NCBI GenBank assembly: GCA_964016885.1
Contig: OZ024742.1
Coordinates: 137,454,001-137,518,000, forward strand
Length of the DNA: 64,000 bases
Source: Eledone cirrhosa
Lineage: Eukaryota
Reading direction: 5' to 3'
Numbering within the stretch: the stretch's first letter is position 1; every line of letters begins with the position of its first letter. Below, piece by piece: positions 25,401 to 38,959 of this stretch. The position numbers were made by a program, and so were the translations under genes. Below the pieces are notes generated by a model, which did not search any database, had not been told where the DNA came from, and saw nothing but the letters and a program-made list of their open reading frames with translations.

Positions 25401-26099
25401 TTGGAATTGTTACATTGAGAAGGAGAAATATAATATAATTGTTATATTTTCTACCTTTATGTGAAGGAACCAATAGAAACATTTTCAATTTCAACTTTAC
25501 CTTTCCATGATAATTTATTTACAATGTAGCTGCACTGCTGATGGCGTGAAATAATTCAAAAATCTAGTCAAGAGAACCAGATGAATGCGGAAAGCAACGA
25601 GAGACTAGAGAACGTGTAATACCTAGTAATACATTCATAAAGAAAGAAACTATGGCCCACCGCTCCCGGTTGATATGCCGTTTGAGTATATATTATGCTT
25701 TCACCAATATTTTAGTTAGTAATGCATACCAAGACACAGAAATGATCTCCCTTGTGGAACATTAACGATATGATAGCGTGATCGAGAGAAATCTGCACAA
25801 GCATTGGTGCATTCTTTATGAAGCCCATACACTGTAAGGCAAAGTGGATCGCGGTTTATTGTAAATTCAGTGGAGACTACCCAAATAAATGCTCAAAGCT
25901 CTAACGATTATAACCCGTCTAAACACGGGGAATTATATATCCGAAGGTTTGGGCAAAAGGAAACTGTAAGATTGATGTGCATCTCTCGCAAAACGAGGTA
26001 ATTCAATAATCTATTTCTGAGACATTAAGAACCTTCCATTTTAGACATCAGGCTATATATATACATATAAGGAGAAATTTTTCTCTGATATTAGTTCGT

Positions 26100-26760
26100 A
26101 TGACATTTCATTCCGAAAAAAGATGCAGAGAGAAACGCTTCTGTTGTGCTTCCATCTAATGCCACTGAATATTCCTGAACCTAAAATCTTCGACAATCCC
26201 AGCAAAGATATAACGTTGTGTTTAGCAGCTTGACTTCAAAATAGACCTATATGATGATGTATTTCCAACTAATAGTAACATGAAACTTGTCTACAGTCAT
26301 CATGATCTAACAAAATTAAAATGGTATACACAGAAATATTCAGAATATCTCCCCCAAACTTTGGGAAGAACAAATATCGTTATAAAAAATTGATGGGCAC
26401 GTCGGAATTTTAATCAAGTCATCTGTAAGAGGCCCGAACATTTAACCCGACATAGCTTCTCCAGTGCATCGACGAGGCCTAAATGGCAATTGACCAACAA
26501 CAGATGTAAGACAGTAATTGAGACGTACGACAGGGAAAATGCGCTGCTCAAATATCTACAAAACAAAAAAACGGACGCGACATTCAAATATCTTCATTCA
26601 TCGAGAAAACTTCTTCTAGATGTATCTCGACTGTTATTGCTAAATGGTGACATAGGTGACGAATTAAACACGCTCTTAGATATCAGAGGCCTTTATGCGC
26701 CTTTCAGCGTATAAAAGTCTCTTTAAAATGTTTAAAACAGTCCCAGATGCCTGATATGTA
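26100..26760 (-). mobile_element. Highly decayed non-LTR RT (RTE-like)
   Basis: Minus strand VFCFVDI*AAF resembles the CFVDFKAAFD RT motif. The rest is very degenerate. Confidence 0.35.
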
Positions 26761-27734
26761 TCGATCAAATTCTGGAAGTATATTATCATTAATATTAGAG
26801 TCGCGAGTTAAATAGCACCTAAGACGGCTTTTGTTTTACATGACTGCTGTGCGATGAGTATATGTCCAATGCGGCTTAGATATGAGCGACTGTTCTCCTC
26901 TTAAGTCGAGAAATTGGAAGAATCAATTGAAGGTAGGATTAACTACTTCACGTTTATTTGTTCCTACCCACGTCAAATTTCTTCTTTCAAGGTCGAGAAA
27001 TAATATACCAGTTTACTACTGTGATTTATTCTTCACCTATACTTAGTTTTCATTTCCTCCCAAAGACTCTCTCTCTATCTCACTCTCACTCTCACTCTCT
27101 CTCTCTCTCTCTCTCTCTGTTTCCCTGGAAGAAATGGGCTGTGTTCAAACTTGGACATGGATGGGTTCTGACTGATTTATAAGCCTAGGAATCACTACAA
27201 CACCATTGACAGAAAATAGTTCCTTTGGGCAAGTACTTGTTACTCCTTCTAGCATTGTGACCTCACGCTTAGGCGAGACAGATTATTTTCATGTCGAGCG
27301 TCTTAAACACAAAACACTAAATTTTAATTCCAAATAGACAATCGAAATTTCGATTTGGAAAATGTAATCAACCACTTCATAATTATCGTACTTGGTGTTG
27401 GTATTGATGCTATCATTGTTGCTGATGGCATTAAATAATACTATTGTTGTTATTGTTGTTTTTACTTTGCTGTTGTAATTGTTGTTGTTGTTGTTGTTTA
27501 TGTTGCTAATGCATTTGTACGAAATAGTTATTAATAATATTACGAATTATAGGAGACAGTTTTGTTAATATCATAGCCTTTGTTATTATTGATTAATTAA
27601 TCAATTTACTATTTAAATTTAAAGAATGAGATAATTAAAGAAATGCACAGTACCCAGTTACATACATACTGAAACTCTTTCGCTTCTATAACTTGACGCA
27701 CCTCTTTTACCATCTTACTATCTACCTTTCTTTA

Positions 27735-29030
<1,296 letters not shown>

Positions 29031-29559
29031 TGTGTGTGTAAGAACTTGAGTGCATGTAACGTTTTCCCTTCCGATTCAATATTCTCTTTTGAAGTGGCTT
29101 TTAACTTTTAATTGATTTAATTACAATAAATTGTTTACGCTGCCTAACTATGTTATTGATTTCTAAAATAAATGTACACATAGTTATAGAATGTGTACAT
29201 TGTAACACACAAGCATACACACATAAATATGACCTCACACATATACATATACATACGCACCTTCATACACACATATTCCCACACAAATGCACACATATGT
29301 GTGAGTATATATATATATATATATATATGCATGTCCATGTATCTCCACACACAGACATGCAAACACACAGAAGAACTTAACCGCTAATACATATGCACAT
29401 ATATCTATATATAAACATACATGTGCATCCAAATAACTGTACAGAGGCATACAAACAACAATAAAACCCAACAGGTACAGGTATAAATATACATCAAAAC
29501 ATACATGAACATATGCAATGAGCAACCATTCATACATACACATGTTTCTGTCTCTCTCA

Positions 29560-29585
<26 letters not shown>

Positions 29586-29590
<5 letters not shown>

Positions 29591-29792
29591 CCTCAAGCTA
29601 GGGCGATACAATAACTAAATTAAGTTATTGGGATAAAAAGCGTTGGCTGGAGAAAGAGAAACAGGTAAACAAACACGAATGGTGTACGTTGTCTCACCAT
29701 TCCTGTTTGTTTACCTGTCTCTCTTTCTCCACCCAACTCTTTTATCCCAATAACTTAATTTAGTTATTGTATCACCCTAGCTTGAGGTATAT
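29586..29792. repeat. ~207-bp hairpin (two ~99-bp inverted arms, 10-nt loop)
   Basis: atacctcaagctaggg...gaatggtg / caccattc...ccctagcttgaggtat, loop at 29685-29694. Confidence 0.9.
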
Positions 29793-29918
29793 GGTCTGTA
29801 ATGCTAAGAAATACCTATGATGGCTAGTAGACCACTGATGACTGATATATTCCTGGCTTATATTTCTAATTCTTCATTTATTATATATATCATATTTGCA
29901 ACAACACCGCTCGCCATT

Positions 29919-29963
<45 letters not shown>

Positions 29964-30191
29964 AATAAAATTATCGAGAATCGGAACTTCGGCCCACGAA
30001 ATAACGAAAACAATCTTCGAAATGTGCGGCAAAGTGCTCAATGGTTCGGATGAACCAGAGCTATAACTAACGTTTAATACCAACACACTGAGACGATGCT
30101 TAAACAATCATTCGCACAGCCCAAAAATACGATCATGTAATTCAGGTCAAACAAATTAAAATATATATGATTGAAAAATGTATATGATTGA

Positions 30192-30249
<58 letters not shown>

Positions 30250-30383
30250 GAAAGAGAGAAAGACAGAGAAAGAGAGGGAGTATACCAGTTTAAACTGATA
30301 GGATCATATTTCAGCAGAGTGCTCGATACTTGTAATAGTAGACAATGGAGTCAGGGCTCGATGTGTTATATATATATCTATCC

Positions 30384-32165
30384 ACCTGCTCGAGGGTCAA
30401 GGTGAACGGCTACCTCTGGCAGCCGTTCGAAATCTCGCGAGCCATCCGACAGGGATGCCCTCTCTCCTCCCTTCTGTGTGTGCTGGCTCTCGAGCCACTA
30501 CTGCGGAAGTTGGAGCTGTTGCAGGGAATCCCCTTGGAACAAGGATTGCGGAAAGCGGTGTCGGCCTACGCCGATGACGTGCCAGTAATGGTGTCGTGCG
30601 CCTCGGAAATCGCGCAGATCGGCACCTTACTGGAGGAATACGAAAGGTTTACAGGAGCCAAGCTGAACCGCGACAAGTCCGTCGGTTTGCAAACCGATGC
30701 CCTCCGACGGCGTCATCGGACGCTGGACGGAGGGACGGGTGAAGCTGCTCGGGGTCTGGTTCGGACCGGTCCTCCAGGTGGAGAAAAACTGGGACGAGGT
30801 AACGGGCAGAGTGTTTGCAATCGCCCAGAAGTGGGCCGAGTGCAAACTATCCCTGAAAGGTCGAGCGGAGGTGGCGAACACTTATATAGCGTCCGTCTTC
30901 TACTACCGCTTGACCGTCGTGCCTTGCCCAGCGAAAACGCTCGCCAAAACGGAGCGCGCTTTCTTCCGATTCCTTTGGAAGAGCGGGCTCCTTTGGTGAG
31001 AAGATCCATCTGCTGTCAACACCCTTCGAACGGAGGGCTGGGGGTGCCGTGGCTGACGATGCGTAGACACGCATTAAAGCTACGGCATCTCCAGGTATTC
31101 CTCACCGGTCAGCCGGTATGAGCCCCTTTTGTGAGGCCAGCCTTTCCGAGACTCGTCTCACTCACCGAGCTGCAATCCTGGGTCAAGCAAAGACCGAGAA
31201 AAGTGGGCGACTGGCACATTGAATGTGCCCAGGCGCTAACGGTTCTCTGGCAAGCGGATCCGGCAATCAGTGGAGACTCAACCTCAACATTCCATAGAGG
31301 CTTGGTGCGCAACACGTGCGACGATGCTCTCGAAGAGGCTCTGTGCATGGAGGAAGACGAGCTAGCCAGTCTGTTCGGTAGGACATTTGGCCCGGGATCG
31401 ATGGACAACTTACAAAATTCCCTGGCTTGGCAGTGCTACCGAGGAGCTCTATCCGTTCGGGACAAGCTCTACAGACACGGACGCTCGGGTAGGGATCCCT
31501 CGAAGAAGATCTGTCCGAGATGCGTGCGTGACGAGGAAACCGTCGCGCACGCATTCGTACACTGCCCGGGCGTTGCTGACCTGTGGGCCTATGTGGAACG
31601 ACTACTGTCATGGGTGGGACCAATCCGGTTGACCACCGAGTACATTGTCACGATCAAACCGCCTCCCACCTTCAAAAATGAAGGAGAGGCGGTTTTCCTC
31701 TGTCTGATAGCTATGGCGAAAGAGGTTGTATGGTGGACGAAGTTGAAAGGGCTGAGGTCAGACACTTTTCTGTCCGGCCAACAACTGGACCTTTTTTTCA
31801 AGTACCATTTTAGAAGAAGGATCAGAATGGAGAGGTGCTCTACCCCAGCAAGTTTTATGAAAGTTGGGTGAAAGTGGCGAGAATGGCCCGAGTGAATGGG
31901 CCTTCTCTCTATATCAGCCTGTAGGTGAGAAAGGAGAGGAAGGAGGAGAGGAAGGGAGCACCCGCTCTTTGTGCTCCTGAGGAGGTGGGTTGCACATTTT
32001 TTGGGGGGTGTGCGACCCACGTCAACGCCCACTCCCTATTGAGGACTTCGATTGTTGAACTTGATTTGTAATATGTTTTTACACGTCCCTTGAAATGTAT
32101 GTAAACTCCCCCTCTTGTATTTGTCCCAATCTTTGATGCCCTGGTGGCAAATCAATAGAAAGTTA

Positions 32166-32166
<1 letters not shown>
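30384..32166 (+). mobile_element. 5'-truncated Tx1/L1-like LINE (RT C-terminal half, C-terminal zinc finger, 3' UTR), frameshifted
   Basis: RAIRQGCPLS, SAYADDV, GAKLNRDKS, KLLGVWFG, LSLKGRA, GGLGVP, CPRC..DEETVAHAFVHC. Followed by (TA)n. Confidence 0.9.
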
Positions 32167-32200
<34 letters not shown>

Positions 32201-32405
32201 TAAAGTATGTCCATAATATATATACACCATTACCTCTTCCAATTAGCATAATTAACCACATAAAAAATCAATTAGACCAGGCTATAAGATTAAAAGGCTC
32301 CTATGAAGACATATTTGATAAATAAACGACAGCAGCCTCTTCGCGGCCGACCGCAATAGAATTTTTACCCAACATTTCAACGGAATAGAATATTTACCCA
32401 AATTT

Positions 32406-32517
<112 letters not shown>

Positions 32518-32587
32518 ATCAAGGTTTAGCAAAGAAGAAAAAGTTTCAAAATAAATTTTAAAAAATTCACTATACTCACTATGGTTA

Positions 32588-32672
32588 CCTTTACCGAATC
32601 GGTTTCGAATCTCAAAAATAAATGGACAGTCCTTGCGGCCTTCCATTGCAAAGATAAACTCTCGTCAGAAGG
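32588..32672 (-). ncRNA. Type I hammerhead ribozyme, intact core
   Basis: cctt-CTGACGA-gagttt...agattc-GAAA-ccg-att-cgg-TA-aagg. All three stems pair; GUA site. Confidence 0.8.
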
Positions 32673-32998
32673 ACCTTTTCACTCAGAGAATATAACATTC
32701 CCGAGTTCAAATTACGAACTTGCGCTATTCAAAATTGTTCCCGAGATGAGAATGAATGATGTGGAAGCAATTCCGTCCAGTACCATGTGTAAAGATAGAA
32801 GCAGGGAGGTCAGTCTACTACCACTATAACTAGCAGCAGTCAGAACGACCAAATTTTATCTCGACCAAGAGGAGAATAATAGTAAAGTGTATATCCCTAC
32901 ACGCAAAAAGCGTCTAGGGACACATGTATGGTCCAACCATATGCCAATGTGGTTCAATGGCAGGTTAATAAATTAACGAGCCAGAACATATATAATCA

Positions 32999-33060
<62 letters not shown>

Positions 33061-33204
33061 AGTATATGTTGGTTGTATACATGATTATATGATTCCAGTT
33101 CTTCAGTGAAATAACAACCCAACCAGGAACTGGGCATATCAGAGTATTGACAAAATTATACACCTCAACAACATATGTACTTGTCTATACCACACTAATT
33201 CAAA

Positions 33205-33258
33205 CTGCCTGAAGAGGTCACAGCCAAAGATGGCTGTCACTGTAATATATATAGCAGT
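33205..33258 (+). ncRNA. Decayed hammerhead motif
   Basis: ctgc-CTGAAGA-ggtc-acagcc-aaagat-ggctgt...atata-gcag. Stems I and II are present; the GAAA strand is lost. Confidence 0.4.
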
Positions 33259-33613
33259 AATAGACGAAGCTAAATTTTAAACATTTGACTTTTTATTTAA
33301 CTTTATTTTATATATATATATATATATGAAGTAATTCCGTCAGAAAAGTCCAGGAAAGAAGAGTGCTCTATGTAGGTAACAGCGCTTAATAGTTATGTAA
33401 TAAACAACATAAGGCAATTATTCCATTTACCAGTGGTTTCTTAAAAGTAAAAGATTTTGCTTTCAACCTCAGAATGAAAAAATTCTGGTCTGTTTATTGA
33501 ATTTGGATTTTAAAAAACAAAAATGCAATCTATATGAAAGTGAGGCTGGAGAAAGAAGGAAAGGAAAATTAAAATAAAACCACACATGCAAACACACACA
33601 CAAAACCATACAT

Positions 33614-33708
<95 letters not shown>

Positions 33709-33878
33709 CACTCATACATACACACACACATATATATATGTGTATATAAATACACACATACACATACATATACACATATATACATACGCACATAAATATC
33801 AACACATCCATACATACTCATACATATATACAACCACACACACATATATACACACATACATACATATAGGAACATAAA

Positions 33879-33914
<36 letters not shown>

Positions 33915-33915
33915 G

Positions 33916-33968
<53 letters not shown>

Positions 33969-34025
33969 AGCATACACATACTCAAACATAGCCATACACA
34001 CATACATATACATACATACATACAT

Positions 34026-34763
34026 AAAGCCCTTAAGAACAGCGGTTTTACAGAAAACATCTCTTATTTACCTACTCCCCCCCACCCTAAAACTAACCAC
34101 AATAACAGGAAAAGGAAGATTATTTGGTTCACACCCCCCTTCTCTCTAACTGTCAAAACTAATGTAGGAAGAAAATTCCTTGAACTCTTAGACAAACATT
34201 TTCCTCCTAATCATAGATATTATAAGATATTTAATAGGAAAGTATTTAAGATCAGCTACTCTTGTTGCCCATCTATGAATTCCAAAATCACCAGTTCAAA
34301 CCATACGAGAACAAATCCAGGATGCAGTTGCAGGAAGCCGGATGAATGCCCATTGCAGGGTAAATGTAACACCAAATCTGTTGTTTATGAGGCAAAAGTA
34401 ACACCGGTAATCAACAACCAGCCAGCCAGGAGTGAGCGATAAGTCGGTATGACCCAGGACAGGTTTAAAACCAGATTTTACTCACATGTCGCTTCTTTTA
34501 AGCACGCCGATAAACGAACATCAACGGCCCTCGCAACTAAGGTGTGGGAATTCAAGGATAGTAACATCCCGTACTCTATCAAATTGGTCTATATTAGACC
34601 ATTCGAGGGAGTACCAAAGGGGCACAAAGAATTGTTCTTTGTGTACCACAGAAAAATATAGGATATAGGATTTTGCTAAACTTGAGAGCCACTTCCGCTT
34701 GCCTTAACTCAAAGACTCAGATCTTCAGATGCTTTCCTCATCTGAAATCGCATCTGATCTGTA
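34026..34763 (+). pseudogene. PLE ORF remnant: RT thumb end, CxCx5C linker, GIY-YIG endonuclease
   Basis: RKRKIIWFTPPFS..KTNVGRKFL..LDKHFP; CSCRKPDECPLQGKC; VVYEAKV..VGMTQDRFKTRFYSH; CSLCTTEK. Contains a stop and a frameshift. Confidence 0.85.
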
Positions 34764-34982
34764 ACTGGATTGACACTCCTATGATAAATCAACCGCCTTG
34801 AACTCCCTCCCTGCTCTTTACTTCTGCTACGGTTTTTTTTATTTTGCTGAATCTACGTTCCGTACGCTTGCATATATTTTTTTCTCCCTTATCTCCATTT
34901 ATATTTCACCTTTTCCTATGTCTTCCCGCCCCCCATATATTCTTTTTGCCTTGCCCTTCACATACCCATGTGTATGTATATT

Positions 34983-35053
<71 letters not shown>

Positions 35054-35349
35054 ATGTGTGTGTATATATATGTATATGTAGATAGACCAGGTTTCTTTCA
35101 TTCTGAAGATTGAAGGAAAAATTTGTTTGCTTTTAAGAAACCACTGGTGAATGGAATAATTGCCTTATGTTGCTTATTACTTTATAACTTTACTACTATA
35201 TATATGTATATGTAAGGTTCATATGAATTATCTAAGACTGAGTTTTACACACACACACATGTATGTGTGTATGTATGTATGTATGTATGTATGTATGTAT
35301 GTATGTATGTATGTATGTATGTATGTATGTATGTATGTATGTATGTATG

Positions 35350-35399
<50 letters not shown>

Positions 35400-35536
35400 T
35401 GTACATGTGTGTGTGTGTTTGTATTTGGTTGTGCGTGTTTATGATATGTACGTATTTATGTGTATAATTGTATAGCTATGTATGTATATGTGTGTGTGTA
35501 TGTATACATATATATGTGTGTGTGTATTTTTATATT

Positions 35537-35573
<37 letters not shown>

Positions 35574-35875
35574 ATGTGTGTGTATATATGTGTGTATAAT
35601 TGTATACGTGGGTGTTTGTGCATGTATTTGTGTATGTGTATGTATGTGTTTATGTATTTGTATATGTCTGTTCATCTACCCGCTGTTTGTATCGCTGTCA
35701 ACTCTATAATACTTTTTATTTTTTATATATATGTTTTTGCGTGTGTGAATATGTAGAGGAGTGCATTTATGTATGTGTATGTATGTACGTGTGTATATAT
35801 ATATGTATGATTGTGTGCATGTATGTATGTATGTATATGTATGTGTGTATGGCTATGTTTGTGTATGTGTATGCT

Positions 35876-35926
<51 letters not shown>

Positions 35927-35956
35927 GGCTATGTTTGTGTATGTGTATGCTTGTAC

Positions 35957-36027
<71 letters not shown>

Positions 36028-36391
36028 GTATATATATTTATGTTCCTATATGTATGTATGTGTGTATATATGTGTGTGTGGTTGTATATATGTATGTGTA
36101 TGTATGGATGTGTTGATATTTATGTGCGTATGTATATATGTGTGTATGTATGTGTATGTGTGTATTTATATACACATATATATGTGTGTGTGTGTATGTA
36201 TATATATATATATATATATTTGTGTGTGTGTGTATGTATGCTTTTGTGTGTGTGTGTGCGTGTTTTTGTGTGTGTTTGCATGTGTGGTTTTATTTTATTT
36301 TTCCTTTCCTTCTTCTTTCTCCAGCCTCACTTTCATATAGATTGCATTTTTGTTTTTTAAAATCCAAATTCAATAAACAGACCAGAATTTT

Positions 36392-36449
36392 TTCATTCTG
36401 AGGATTGAAAGCAAAATCTTTTGCTTTTAAGAAACCACTGGTAAATGGA
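36392..36449 (+). ncRNA. Type I hammerhead ribozyme, intact
   Basis: ttcatt-CTGAGGA-ttgaaagcaaaa-tc-ttttgcttttaa-GAAA-cc-act-gg-TA-aatgga. Confidence 0.85.
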
Positions 36450-36651
36450 ATAATTGCCTTATGTTGTTTATTACATAACTATATATATATATTTAAAAAA
36501 AGGAAAAGAATGACTTCACTTGTAGTTCTAAACAATTTAATTCAGTTCCATAATGTTATAATTTTACAATTTGGTTTTGTAGATCTAGTAAGTTCTTCCT
36601 TAACTTCGGTGGGGAGATTTTTAAAGATTCGTGGTTAACCTTCCTGGAGAA

Positions 36652-36802
<151 letters not shown>

Positions 36803-37943
36803 TATACTTCGTTTTTGAATTTCTTTTGCAAGATTTCTCATCTGAAAACGTAGAGAGAGAGAGAGAGTGGGGGGGGGGTATGTAAAATACCGACCGTGGC
36901 GCCAAGCGGTAAGCTTTTACGCGGGTGTACTAATATTTGGAGGGTATGAAATATAGGTCACTGCTCTTAGTAGCGCTTTGGTTATGTTTATCATAGTACT
37001 AAACTGGTATGATGGAGAACGTGGGGGAAAGACAGTGGTGAGTGTATCTTAACAGGCAAAGTGTCCGAAGTAGGAAGTAGTGTGGATGAGGCTAGGGTGG
37101 AGGGTTAATGTGTAGGAGTGCTGTAGGTGAAGAAGGGGCATAATTGTCGTTGAAATAGAGGGTCGCGGGGTAAGATTATTTATAACTGGGGCTTATAGGA
37201 TGAAGATGTATTTTTAAGTCAAGAATTAAAATAAAACGAGTGTTATATAGAAGTAAATGAGCAAATGGTTAAATAAATTAGTAATTAGGATCAAATAAAA
37301 TCAGGTAAAATATAAGGGTTTAAATATAGGTAAAGTGGATTATATGGACTGGTAACCAGTGATGAAATGTATGTACTATGTATATGCATACAGACACACC
37401 CAACATTATACTGGGAGGTTTCAGAAGGTTTTCCTTAGAAATGCCTAGAAAAAAATTAATTATTATTTTAATGGAGGGAATGGGGTAAGGTAAGAATTTA
37501 GGGAACAAATAAATGAGTGGATGGAAATAGTGAGTAAAGTATATACACACATACACAAGCATATCCATATACGCACCCATATATGAACGTTCACATACCT
37601 GCATGTGAGCATGCGTGCATACTCATATGCAGACACAAGCATATAAATGTATATATAGACATATATCTTTGCACACACACACAGGTACATCTGTACACGG
37701 TTTCACATGCACACATACAGGCTCATGCATGTCCGTAAGGGGAGAGGAGGTAGTAGAATTGTCTTAACGCATGCACCTACACAACCCCATGTATGTCCAT
37801 AAGGGGAGAAGCTGGTAGAATTGGCTGAACTGACGCAGCTACACAACGCCAATCCTGTTCATTTGGGGAGAGGAAGTGGTAGAATTGTCTGCACACACGT
37901 ACCTATATCCACGCAGATATGTATGTGCTAGATTCATATAACT

Positions 37944-38267
37944 TTAGGATATTAGTATCAGTGTGTATATATATTAGGATATTAGTATCAGTGTGTATAT
38001 ATATTAGGATATCAGTGTGTATATATATTAGGATATTAGTATCAGTTTGTATATATATTAGGATATCAGTATCAGTGTGTATATATATTAGGATATTAGT
38101 ATCAGTGTGTATATATATTAGGATATCAGTATCAGTGTGTATTTATATTAAGATATTAGTATCAGTTTGTATATATATTAGGATATCAGTATCAGTGTGT
38201 ATATATATTAGGATATTAGTATCAGTGTGTATATATATTAGGATATTAGTATCAGTGTATATATATT
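37944..38267. repeat. 30-bp minisatellite, 11 units, at the LTR terminus
   Basis: Unit ttaggatat(t/c)agtatcagtgtgtatatata; the third unit is 24 bp. Confidence 0.95.
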
Positions 38268-38959
38268 ATCAAGAATGACAATAAATACAGGTGAGTGTTG
38301 TGACATGGTTTTACTTCACAGAAGTCAAATAAATTAATATAAATAATTGTTACCACATGTTGATGTTCAGTTGATCACAACCCCCCAGACTGGAGTGTGT
38401 AGAGAAGAACAGAAATCTTCTCTTGGAGGTGTTCTTCTTGTTCCTTCGAAGTTCAGGATGCGAGAGAGAGTTATACCTTGATTGTCCTCAAAAATATAGT
38501 CCCCAGGGGGACGCAACTCCATTTAGTACATGAATCTGCCAATAGGGGTCGCGGACCGTCGCAAAGGGATGTAACTCCTATAAGTGCTGAGTTACGACCG
38601 TCGTAAAGGGACACAAGTCCTATACGTGCTGAGTCACAGCCGTAAGGGGCCGCTACAGTATCCTCCTCCAGACGCTAGGCGAAAAGCCCGAAGGTAACTG
38701 TAGTGAACCCACAAGCATGGGCTCCCAGCACAGGATTGACATGGTAACGAAAAGGTACAGGCATGAAATGGTAACGAAAAGGTACATGGTAATACAATAA
38801 AGAGAAAAAAAATAAGAAAAAGATAAGGCTCCAGTCGCCAGTTCCCATGAAAACAGTTTGGCAGAATTTTTTGGGCCAGTGGACTCTTCGACCGGAACGG
38901 GTCGGGGTCTTGTATGTAGGCGAAGGTGGGGCAGAATGAGCAGGTGTATGCACAAGAGA

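Larger units (their letters stand above)
33389..36482 (+). mobile_element. Penelope-like element (probably Hydra clade): inverted pLTR, 5'-truncated ORF, tandem pLTRs with hammerheads
   Basis: 33389-34025 is an inverted copy of 35819-36482. ORF remnant at 34026-34763. Hammerheads at 33422-33478(-), 35097-35155(+) and 36392-36449(+). Confidence 0.85.

Noticed and set aside
37944-38267. Regular 30-bp repeats resembling a CRISPR array
   Set aside because: No unique spacers, no cas genes, eukaryotic context; it is an LTR-derived minisatellite.
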